Shown here piece after piece: positions 56,262 through 64,000 of a stretch of DNA of 64,000 nt; the stretch's first letter is position 1; every line of letters begins with the position of its first letter. A program made the translations under genes and the position numbers. The notes under the pieces were generated by a model. The model was not told the DNA's origin. It worked only from the letters and a program-made list of their open reading frames with translations, and ran no database searches. Location of the stretch: contig CAZFND010000002.1 of the NCBI GenBank assembly GCA_964520645.1, positions 9,424-73,423 of the forward strand. Direction: 5' to 3'. This stretch comes from an uncultured Candidatus Saccharibacteria bacterium. GTDB lineage: Bacteria > Patescibacteriota > Minisyncoccia > Phycocordibacterales > JAKAEA01.

Positions 56262-58010
56262 ATGCATATTGAAGAAACACAGTTACTTAATTTTATTTTA
56301 GACTCGGGGCTTGTTTCTCGCTCAGATGTAGAAGCTGCACGTGATGAGGCTCAGGCGCAGGGAACAAGTGTCGGTAAGCTTCTTGTACAACAAGGAAAGC
56401 TCACTGACAATGAACTTCGTCGTATGCAGGCGTATGTGCTCGGTATCCCTTTTGTAGACTTGAAGGGTCAAAAGCTTGATATAGAAGTACTATCTCTCAT
56501 TCCAGAGCCTATTGCTCGCAATCACACTATTGTTGCCTTTAAAAAGACTGATGTATCTCTTGAGGTTGCTATGCTCGATACCGAAGACCTTTCTGCTATC
56601 GACTTTATCAAAAAGAAGACACGACTCAAGATTTTGCCTCGACTTACTGACAATGAGTCCATGAAAGCTGCACTTGTGCAGTATCAGAAGAGCTTGAAGG
56701 CAGAATTTGGAGATATTATCCAAAAAGAAGTAGGTTCACTTACGACAGCACTCAATAAAGAGGAAGTAAGTTCTGAAACTGATCTTAAAAAGCTCGCTGA
56801 AGATTTGCCTGTTGTGCGAGTGGTGGATACATTGCTTAAGCATGCAATTATTCAAAATGCATCTGATATTCATATCGAGCCAATGGAGACAGAAGTGCTT
56901 GTGCGCTATCGAATAGATGGATTGCTCCATGATGCCATGGTACTTCCTGCAAATGCCGGACAATCTATCACTGCCCGTATCAAAGTGCTTTCCAACTTAA
57001 AGCTTGATGAAAAGCGATTGCCTCAGGATGGACGATTTAAAATAGAATCAAATAATGAAAAAGTATCTTTTCGTGTATCTATTCTCCCAACATACTATGG
57101 AGAAAAGACGGTAATGCGATTGCTCCGAGAAAGTGTTTCTGGCTTTACTCTCGAATTCCTTGGATTTCATGGAACGGGTCTTGAAAAGATTCATGATGCA
57201 ACAAAGCTTGCTACGGGAATGATTCTTACAACAGGTCCTACAGGATCAGGAAAGACTACTACGCTCTATACTGTACTCGATATTCTTAATACACCTGATG
57301 TAAATATTTCTACTATTGAAGATCCTGTTGAATACCAGATGAAACGAATCAATCAGACTCAAGTTAAGCCTGATATTGGATTCACGTTTGCTTCAGGGCT
57401 TCGATCACTCGTACGACAAGATCCGGATATTATTATGGTGGGGGAAATTCGTGATAATGAAACAGCATCTCTTGCAGTAAACGCTGCGCTTACGGGACAC
57501 TTAGTGCTTTCGACATTGCACACCAACTCTGCAGCAGGAGCTATTCCTCGTCTTATTGATATGAAAGTAGAACCATTTCTTATTGTTTCTACGGTGAACG
57601 TAATTATCGGTCAGCGTCTTATTCGAAAACTTGCAGGAGAAAAAGAAGAATATTTTCTTACTCAAGCCGAAATTGCTCAGTTAGGAAAATCAATTGATCT
57701 TGAGAAAGTTCTTACATTCCTTGTTGAAGAGAAAGTAGTAAAGGCGGGAACAACATGGGACAAAGTTCCGTTCTATCGTCCTAAGCCATCATCAGAAACT
57801 GAAGATGGATTTAAGGGACGAGTAGGAATTCATGAAGTGCTCAAAGTATCTCCTTCAATTCGTGAACTTATTATGCAAGGAAAGACTGCTCAGGACATCG
57901 AAGCGCAAGCGCGCAGTGAAGGTATGATGACTATGATAGAAGATGGAATATTTCAGGCAGTACAAGGATTAACAACAATAGAAGAAGTTCTACGAGTCAT
58001 AACAGAATAA
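56262..58010 (+). CDS. pilB: type IV pilus assembly ATPase PilB (GspE family), operon copy
   Basis: GPTGSGKTTT, DPDIIMVGEIRD, LTGHLVLSTLHTN; no tetracysteine motif. Confidence 0.8.
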   Translation: MHIEETQLLNFILDSGLVSRSDVEAARDEAQAQGTSVGKLLVQQGKLTDNELRRMQAYVLGIPFVDLKGQKLDIEVLSLIPEPIARNHTIVAFKKTDVSLEVAMLDTEDLSAIDFIKKKTRLKILPRLTDNESMKAALVQYQKSLKAEFGDIIQKEVGSLTTALNKEEVSSETDLKKLAEDLPVVRVVDTLLKHAIIQNASDIHIEPMETEVLVRYRIDGLLHDAMVLPANAGQSITARIKVLSNLKLDEKRLPQDGRFKIESNNEKVSFRVSILPTYYGEKTVMRLLRESVSGFTLEFLGFHGTGLEKIHDATKLATGMILTTGPTGSGKTTTLYTVLDILNTPDVNISTIEDPVEYQMKRINQTQVKPDIGFTFASGLRSLVRQDPDIIMVGEIRDNETASLAVNAALTGHLVLSTLHTNSAAGAIPRLIDMKVEPFLIVSTVNVIIGQRLIRKLAGEKEEYFLTQAEIAQLGKSIDLEKVLTFLVEEKVVKAGTTWDKVPFYRPKPSSETEDGFKGRVGIHEVLKVSPSIRELIMQGKTAQDIEAQARSEGMMTMIEDGIFQAVQGLTTIEEVLRVITE

Positions 58011-58011
58011 T

Positions 58012-59229
58012 ATGCCAAAATTCACCATTCATAGTGTAAATAATGCAGGAGAAGAACATACAGAAGTATTAGAAGCCAAAGACCAAATGGCTATCTATAA
58101 TGATCTTAAGTTAAAGGGGGAGACACTTGTTTCTGCAGAAGAAATAGATCCTGCAAAAAAGAAAAGTGTTTTTCAAATGGAATTGTTTGGTCGTGTAAAG
58201 CTTCATGACAAAATTGTTTTTGCTCGAAACTTGGGAGCAATGATGGAAGCTGGACTTTCGATGTCTCGTTCGCTTACTGTGATAGAACGTCAAACAAAAA
58301 GTAAAAGATTTAAGAATATTATTTCTACGCTCAATAAAAGTATTGGTCAGGGTAATACCCTAAGTGGAAGTATGGTGCAATTTAAAGATGTTTTTCCTCA
58401 GCTTATGATATCGATGATAAAAGCTGGGGAAGAGTCGGGATCTATTGCCCAATCACTGCGAACTGTAGCTAATCAAATGGAAAGTACCTATAAACTGACA
58501 AAAAAGATTCAGGGAGCAATGATGTATCCAGGTATTATTGTGTGCGCAATGATTATTATCGGGTTCTTTATGTTGACCTATGTTGTGCCAACGTTGAGTG
58601 CCACCTTTAAAGATCTCAATGCAGAATTACCTATTAGTACGAGAATAGTGATGGGAACAAGTGATTTTATTGTGGCCCACTATCTTATTACCATTCTTGG
58701 TATTCTTGGTGCGGGAATTGCACTCTATCTATCTTCTAAAACATCATGGGGTAAGCGCGCTCTCGATTTTATTGTGCTGCATATACCTATTATTTCTCCG
58801 TTAGTAAAAGAGGTTAATGCTGCCCGAACAGCGCGTACTCTTTCTTCACTTCTTTCTGCGGGTGTAGATGTGGTGATTGCTACACAGATTACAAAGGACG
58901 TACTTCAAAATTCTTATTACAAAGAAGTGCTCGAATTGGTACGAACTAAGATTGAAAAAGGTGAATCAATCGCAGAAATTTTTGCTCAAAAGGAATATTT
59001 ATATCCATTATTTGTTGCTGAAATGATCTCTGTCGGAGAGGAAACAGGTCAACTTTCACAAATGCTCTTAAGTGTTGCTGTTTTTTATGAAAATGAAGTC
59101 GATCAAAAGACAAAAGATATGTCTTCTATTATTGAGCCATTCCTCATGATATTCATTGGATTGGTAGTAGGATTTTTTGCAATTTCGATGATTAGTCCAA
59201 TTTATTCTTTGGGCAATCATATTAATTAA
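58012..59229 (+). CDS. pilC: type IV pilus inner-membrane platform protein PilC (GspF family)
   Basis: 405 aa, duplicated GspF domain with 3 TM segments, directly after pilB. Confidence 0.8.
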   Translation: MPKFTIHSVNNAGEEHTEVLEAKDQMAIYNDLKLKGETLVSAEEIDPAKKKSVFQMELFGRVKLHDKIVFARNLGAMMEAGLSMSRSLTVIERQTKSKRFKNIISTLNKSIGQGNTLSGSMVQFKDVFPQLMISMIKAGEESGSIAQSLRTVANQMESTYKLTKKIQGAMMYPGIIVCAMIIIGFFMLTYVVPTLSATFKDLNAELPISTRIVMGTSDFIVAHYLITILGILGAGIALYLSSKTSWGKRALDFIVLHIPIISPLVKEVNAARTARTLSSLLSAGVDVVIATQITKDVLQNSYYKEVLELVRTKIEKGESIAEIFAQKEYLYPLFVAEMISVGEETGQLSQMLLSVAVFYENEVDQKTKDMSSIIEPFLMIFIGLVVGFFAISMISPIYSLGNHIN

Positions 59230-59230
59230 T

Positions 59231-59683
59231 ATGAAGCAGCATCAGGGATTTAGCATTATAGAAATACTCATTGTTCTTGGTATTATGGCTATTTTAACGG
59301 GAATAACATTTAGTGTGTTTTCGAGTGTGAAAAAAGCCCAGGCGCTTGAAAAAGATCGAGATTCAATTATAGAGGTATTGCGCCAAGCTCGGAGCCAAAC
59401 ACTTTCTTCAAAAAACGCATCTCAATACGGTGTGCATATTACTTCATCTCAAATTACATTGTTTACCGGTACATCATATTCTGTAGGCAATAGCTCAAAC
59501 CAAGATTTTATTTTACAGGGATCAGACACTATTGTAACTATTAGTCTCACGGGAGGGGGAAGTGATGTTGTCTTCAATCGTCTTACAGGAGAAACCAATC
59601 AAAATGGAACAATTACAATTTCTTCTCCTAGTACATCACAAACAAAAACTGTTACAATATACAAAACAGGTTTAGTAGAATAA
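59231..59683 (+). CDS. type IV pilin-like protein (class III signal peptide)
   Basis: N-terminus …HQG-FSIIEILIVLGIMAIL (G/FxxxE prepilin cleavage/methylation motif). Confidence 0.6.
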   Translation: MKQHQGFSIIEILIVLGIMAILTGITFSVFSSVKKAQALEKDRDSIIEVLRQARSQTLSSKNASQYGVHITSSQITLFTGTSYSVGNSSNQDFILQGSDTIVTISLTGGGSDVVFNRLTGETNQNGTITISSPSTSQTKTVTIYKTGLVE

Positions 59684-59684
59684 T

Positions 59685-60164
59685 ATGCGTCATTCATCAC
59701 AACGTGGCATGGGACTTATTGAGATCGTCATAGGCTCAGCTATTATTGTGACTGGGATTTTGGGTTTAATTTCTGCGTACGCTACGTTTGTAAATTATGC
59801 GTTTTCTACTCAGCATAATGTAGAAGCGGCATTTATTGGCGAAGAAGGATATGAAGCTCTCACCTTTTTACGAGATGCAAGTTGGAATAGCAATATTAAG
59901 AGTCTTTCTACCACTACAACATATTCACTCTTGTGGACGGGGAGTGCTTGGGCTACTACAACAGTGCCACAATATGTAGATGGACTCTTTTTACGGCAGT
60001 TTACTATTACCGATGTTGTGCGTGATGGAAGTGATCGTATTGCAAGCTCAGGTACCTACGATCCAAATACAAAGAAAGTGACCGTCACAGTAGCATATTG
60101 GCAAGGACATGCGACAACAACCCAAACACTCTCAAGTTATATTACAAATCTCTATGGCAATTAA
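59685..60164 (+). CDS. minor pilin-like protein
   Basis: …QRG-MGLIEIVIGSAIIV prepilin-like N-terminus. Confidence 0.5.
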   Translation: MRHSSQRGMGLIEIVIGSAIIVTGILGLISAYATFVNYAFSTQHNVEAAFIGEEGYEALTFLRDASWNSNIKSLSTTTTYSLLWTGSAWATTTVPQYVDGLFLRQFTITDVVRDGSDRIASSGTYDPNTKKVTVTVAYWQGHATTTQTLSSYITNLYGN

Positions 60165-60648
60165 TATTCGTAACAACAAAGGATTTTCGTTGGTAGAAAT
60201 GCTCATTTATGTGACATTGCTCGCTACCATTCTTCTTTTAGTCATCAACACCGTTCTTTCATTTAGTTCTTCATATCGACAATTGGCGGCGCTTCGAGCA
60301 GCGGAGCACTCTGGTATTGATGCGATGGAGCGTATTACACGTGATATTCGCCAAGCCAGCAGCGCAGACACTTCTATAGCAGGTGCACTTACGCTAGTTG
60401 CTACATCTAACAGTGTTTCTACAACTACTCGATTCTATGTTCAGAATAATGTCCTAAATGTAGATATAAATGGCACATACTATGGCCCACTTACTACCTC
60501 AAATGCTTCAGTAACAAATATTACGTTTACACTTCTTACGAATTCTACATCTAAGGCTGTAAAAGTAGATATGACCGTGCAAGGAATAAGTGGCACAGTA
60601 ACAAAAACAAAGACGTATCATTCAACAATTGTATTAAAAGGATCATGA
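60154..60648 (+). CDS. minor pilin-like protein
   Basis: Start ATG 60154 gives MAINIRNNKG-FSLVEMLIYVTLLA prepilin motif; overlaps previous gene by 11 nt. Confidence 0.5.
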   Translation: MAINIRNNKGFSLVEMLIYVTLLATILLLVINTVLSFSSSYRQLAALRAAEHSGIDAMERITRDIRQASSADTSIAGALTLVATSNSVSTTTRFYVQNNVLNVDINGTYYGPLTTSNASVTNITFTLLTNSTSKAVKVDMTVQGISGTVTKTKTYHSTIVLKGS

Positions 60649-62402
60649 TCAAAAAAAATCCACAATCAGGACAGGCAATGCTTACCGCAGTAATCTTTTT
60701 TCTGGTTATTTCTTCGACGGTAGTACTTGGTGTTGCTACTCCTATTTTAAAGCAAGCACGTATCTCTCGAGATTTAATTTATTCAAAACAAAGTTATCTC
60801 TTAGCTGAAGGAGGATTGGAAGATTCATTGTATCGAGTGAAGAATAATATGGCTATTGTTTCTGGAGAGACTATCGTTGTAAATGGCTATACTACAACAC
60901 TCACTATTATTAATACTTCAACAGGAAAAACATTAATTGCTGAATCTGATCGTGATGGATATGTTCGAAAAATGGAAGCAGATATTGTTCAGGGTGCCGG
61001 TGTTGCCTTTAACTATGGAGTCCAGGTAGGTACAGGAGGTTTTGTTATGGCCAATAACTCTAATGTTCAGGGAAATGTGTATGTAAACGGTGACATTACA
61101 GGTTCTAACGGAGCGTATATTACAGGAACGGTTATTGCAGCAAATACCGCAGCTCAAACAACAGATCAGGCAAATGAGACACCTAGTTCAATTAGCTCAT
61201 GTACTGCATCAAATTGTATTGATTTTAGAAAAACTTCAAACGTACGAGATGTTGCACAAAGTTTTCAAGTGTCTACCTCAACGCCGATCAATAAAATTCA
61301 GCTTTATGTTAAAAAAACAGGAACACCTGGAAATGTGACCGTAAATATTGTGACTGATTCAAGTGGATCACCAAGCTCAAACGTTTTAGCTCAAGGAACA
61401 CTCAGTTCTGCAGCGGTGACTACGAATTTTGGGTGGATAGATGTTGTGCTAACAACAAATCCAGGATTTGTACCTGGTACAACATATTGGATTGTGACCA
61501 ATAATGGTACACAGAGCTCAACAAATTATTACACAATAGGTGCAAATACTTCGTACATAAGTGGGGTTACAAAAATTGGTCAGTACAATAGTAGTTGGCA
61601 GGATACAAGTCCTTCAGGTTTGGATATGTATTTCAGGCTTTATTTAGGTGGTCTTACTGCTACAATAAATGGAGTAACTATAGGTACGGGTTCAACAGGG
61701 GATGCTTGGGCGCACAATGTTACAAATTCTACAATCCGAGGTTCCTTGTATTGTCAGACAGGTAGTGGAAATAATAAATCATGTAATACAAGTAGAACCG
61801 ATCCTTCACCAACTGCATTTCCTGTTTCAGATGCTAATATTCAGCAATGGAAGGATGATGCTTCAGCGGGTACTCTCTATACTGGTAATAAAACTCAAAA
61901 TGGTGGAAGTCTTGGTCCGATAAAGATTACCGGCAACTTAACACTTTCAGGGAACATCACGCTTACTGGAACCGTGTGGGTGCAAGGAAATATTACAAGT
62001 AGTAATAATGCGAGTGTGCAACTTGCTGCTGGATATGGTGGCAATAGTGGTGTAATTGTTGCAGATGGAAGAGTTAGTCTTAGTAACAACGTTACATTTA
62101 GCGGTTCTGGCCTAACAGGAAGTTATATTATGTTGCTCACTACTAGTGATTGTCCGACAAGTGCATCATGTGGCGGTAGTTATGCTATTGATGTATCTAA
62201 TAATGTGGGTGCCGTTATTTTGAATGCGCAAAAAGGTACTCTTCACTTTAGTAATAATGCTACGACAAAAGCTGCTACAGCAAATACTATTAGTCTTGAT
62301 AACAATGCTTCCGTTATTTATGAATCTGGATTGGCAGATCTTAACTTTTCAAGTGGCCCATCTGGTGGATGGAATGTGACATCATGGAGTGAAGTTCAGT
62401 AG
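60645..62402 (+). CDS. large minor-pilin-like protein lacking Glu+5 (GspK/PilX-like)
   Basis: 585 aa; N-terminal hydrophobic pilin-like helix (…G-QAMLTAVIFFLVI) without E5; S/T/N/G-rich beta-rich body. Confidence 0.4.
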   Translation: MIKKNPQSGQAMLTAVIFFLVISSTVVLGVATPILKQARISRDLIYSKQSYLLAEGGLEDSLYRVKNNMAIVSGETIVVNGYTTTLTIINTSTGKTLIAESDRDGYVRKMEADIVQGAGVAFNYGVQVGTGGFVMANNSNVQGNVYVNGDITGSNGAYITGTVIAANTAAQTTDQANETPSSISSCTASNCIDFRKTSNVRDVAQSFQVSTSTPINKIQLYVKKTGTPGNVTVNIVTDSSGSPSSNVLAQGTLSSAAVTTNFGWIDVVLTTNPGFVPGTTYWIVTNNGTQSSTNYYTIGANTSYISGVTKIGQYNSSWQDTSPSGLDMYFRLYLGGLTATINGVTIGTGSTGDAWAHNVTNSTIRGSLYCQTGSGNNKSCNTSRTDPSPTAFPVSDANIQQWKDDASAGTLYTGNKTQNGGSLGPIKITGNLTLSGNITLTGTVWVQGNITSSNNASVQLAAGYGGNSGVIVADGRVSLSNNVTFSGSGLTGSYIMLLTTSDCPTSASCGGSYAIDVSNNVGAVILNAQKGTLHFSNNATTKAATANTISLDNNASVIYESGLADLNFSSGPSGGWNVTSWSEVQ

Positions 62403-62430
62403 GATATACATGATGTGCTACAATATTTGA

Positions 62431-63195
62431 ATGAAGAAATCGAAAAAGATTATTGTCGGTAATTGGAAAATGAATCCGGCGACAGAAGAAGATGCTCTTA
62501 AAATAGTACGAGGCATCAATCGGGGAATTATAGAATCAAAAAATGTAGAAGCGGTGGTTTGTCCTTCATTTCTCCATTTAAATTTGGTTCAAAGAAATAA
62601 TAAAGATAGAAAATTTACTGTAGGTGTTCAAAACATATTTCAAGAAGAAAAAGGCTCATATACAGGAGAAGTATCAGTAGGAATGGTGAAGGATGCCGGA
62701 GCTAAATATGTCATTCTTGGTCATTCAGAAAGCCGAAAATTGGGAGAAACTGATGAAGTTATAAATAAAAAGATTCATCTCGCACTCGCTCATGAGATTA
62801 CTCCCATTATTTGCATCGGTGAAGCTAAGCGTGATGAAGAAGGTCATTATCTAGGATTTATAAAACAGCAGCTTCAACAAGCCTTGCGAAGAGTAGGACC
62901 AAGTCAGCTGAGCTCCCTAGTTATTGCCTATGAGCCTATTTTTGCTATTGGTGCAGCAGAAGCTATGAAGCCAGGAGATGTGCACGGTATGACTATTTTC
63001 ATCAAGCGCACGATTATGGAGCTCTTTAAGATAAAGATGGTGTCACTTCCTATTTTGTATGGAGGCGCTGTAGACCCTACTAATGCTCATGCCATTCTTA
63101 CCAATGGAGATGCAGATGGATTGCTTATTGGACGACAGAGTCTTGATGCGACAAGCTTTTTAGAAATAATCAACATTGCTCGAGCAATAAAATAA
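62431..63195 (+). CDS. tpiA: triosephosphate isomerase
   Basis: Family pattern incl. catalytic region (ILGHSESR, IGEAK…E, AYEPIFAIG). Confidence 0.85.
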   Translation: MKKSKKIIVGNWKMNPATEEDALKIVRGINRGIIESKNVEAVVCPSFLHLNLVQRNNKDRKFTVGVQNIFQEEKGSYTGEVSVGMVKDAGAKYVILGHSESRKLGETDEVINKKIHLALAHEITPIICIGEAKRDEEGHYLGFIKQQLQQALRRVGPSQLSSLVIAYEPIFAIGAAEAMKPGDVHGMTIFIKRTIMELFKIKMVSLPILYGGAVDPTNAHAILTNGDADGLLIGRQSLDATSFLEIINIARAIK

Positions 63196-63196
63196 T

Positions 63197-64000
63197 ATGA
63201 AGTATAAAACACTGAAAGATATTGGAGATATTACCGGGAAAAGAGTCCTCGTGCGTCTTGATTTCAATGTTCCAATTAAAGATGGAAAGGTTGTCGATGA
63301 TTTTAGAATTATTAAATCTCTACCTACTATCAAATTTCTGCAAGATAACAATGCAAAAGTTATTATCTTAGCTCATATAGAAGGGGATGAGCATTCTCTT
63401 AAACCTGTATTTGAAGTATTGAAATCCCATATCCCAACAATTTCTTTTTGTGAAGACTGCATAGAAGAAGGAGACAAGCATTCGCTTGAACTTAAAAATG
63501 GGGATGTGATGTTGTGCGAAAACTTAAGACTCTATGATGGAGAGAAAAAAAATGATCCTGAATTTTCTGCTAAGCTTGCATCACTTGGAGATCTCTATGT
63601 AAACGATGCCTTTTCTGTATCGCACCGCAAGCATGCGTCTGTCGTCGGAGTAGCTAAGCTATTGCCGGGGTTCCTTGGCTTACAATTTGAAGAAGAAATC
63701 ACTAATCTTTCAAAATGTTTTAAACCAGAACATCCATTTGTATTTATATTAGGAGGAGCAAAGTTTGCCACCAAGTTGCCATTAGTCCAAAAGTTTCTTC
63801 CTCTTGCTGATTACATATTTATAGAAGGTGCTCTTACTAATGACTTTTTTAAAGCAAAAGGGTTAGAAGTTGGAGTTTCTCTTGTTTCTTCAGAACCGAT
63901 GGATATCACGTCACTTATTAATAATCCCAAAATTCTGCTTCCATCTGATGTAGTTGTGCAATCAAGTAGAGGAGTTGAAACAAAGTTAGCAACAGATGTG
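63197..64000 (+). CDS. pgk: phosphoglycerate kinase (5' part, runs off window)
   Basis: N-terminus …KRVLVRLDFNVPIKDGKVVDDFRI…, no stop before window end. Confidence 0.8.
   Translation, partial: MKYKTLKDIGDITGKRVLVRLDFNVPIKDGKVVDDFRIIKSLPTIKFLQDNNAKVIILAHIEGDEHSLKPVFEVLKSHIPTISFCEDCIEEGDKHSLELKNGDVMLCENLRLYDGEKKNDPEFSAKLASLGDLYVNDAFSVSHRKHASVVGVAKLLPGFLGLQFEEEITNLSKCFKPEHPFVFILGGAKFATKLPLVQKFLPLADYIFIEGALTNDFFKAKGLEVGVSLVSSEPMDITSLINNPKILLPSDVVVQSSRGVETKLATDV

Noticed and set aside
1-64000. Alternative genetic code (UGA recoding as in some candidate phyla)
   Set aside because: Long housekeeping ORFs (polA, pnp, dnaA, PBP1A) are intact under the standard stop set in the provided ORF track, so TGA is not read as sense here

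Overview
This is a compact, AT-rich (~36% GC) bacterial chromosome segment in standard genetic code, dominated by housekeeping genes and spanning the replication origin (dnaN<-dnaA | rpmH-rnpA-yidC). The short YidC, domain-trimmed housekeeping proteins (TF without PPIase, short YebC, PolA without proofreading domain) and co-occurrence of type IV pilus and T4SS-like genes suggest a reduced-genome Patescibacteria/CPR-like organism; that is an inference. Recognisable genes: holA, polA, tsaE, pilB-like, ruvB, yebC, ruvC, tyrS, PBP1A, dnaN, dnaA, rpmH, rnpA, yidC, rsmA, pcrA/uvrD, LysM-M23 peptidase, comM/yifB, DksA/TraR-like, pnp, rpsO, xerC/D, xth, cca, yraN, hup, rny, clpP, rsmE, tig, ppa, nusA, a pilB-pilC-pilin operon, tpiA and pgk (5' part). 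Four tRNAs lie at 45.6-47.2 kb.

The most notable feature is an ~14 kb, 11-gene minus-strand operon inserted directly after yidC beside the origin (17195-29714), plus two divergent genes up to 31285. It encodes a minimal type IV secretion-like apparatus: a VirB4-like ATPase split into an N-domain ORF and an ATPase ORF, a PrgI/VirB3-like protein, a VirB6-like polytopic protein with low-complexity tails, and a VirB2-like pilin candidate. These are accompanied by large secreted proteins with adhesin-type modules (discoidin-like, DUF5011-like Ig, thrombospondin-type-3 repeats, PG-binding + IPT). No relaxase, coupling protein or integrase is present.

Other notable signals:
- A GC-rich palindromic repeat family (CCGCCTCACCC...CCCTCTCCTTACCAGGAGAGGG) occurs 4 times. 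Two inverted copies flank a DUF559 endonuclease-like gene in a REPtron-like arrangement.
- Three GC-rich micro-islets carry GC-rich hairpin terminators, unlike the AT-rich host: a small lipoprotein at 3.7-4.0 kb, two paralogous small basic proteins at 52.1-52.9 kb, and a ~200 nt structured transcript upstream of nusA.
- A ~180 bp imperfect palindromic element lies between pilB and ruvB.
- A DnaA-box cluster in the dnaA-dnaN spacer marks the likely oriC.

No CRISPR array was found.
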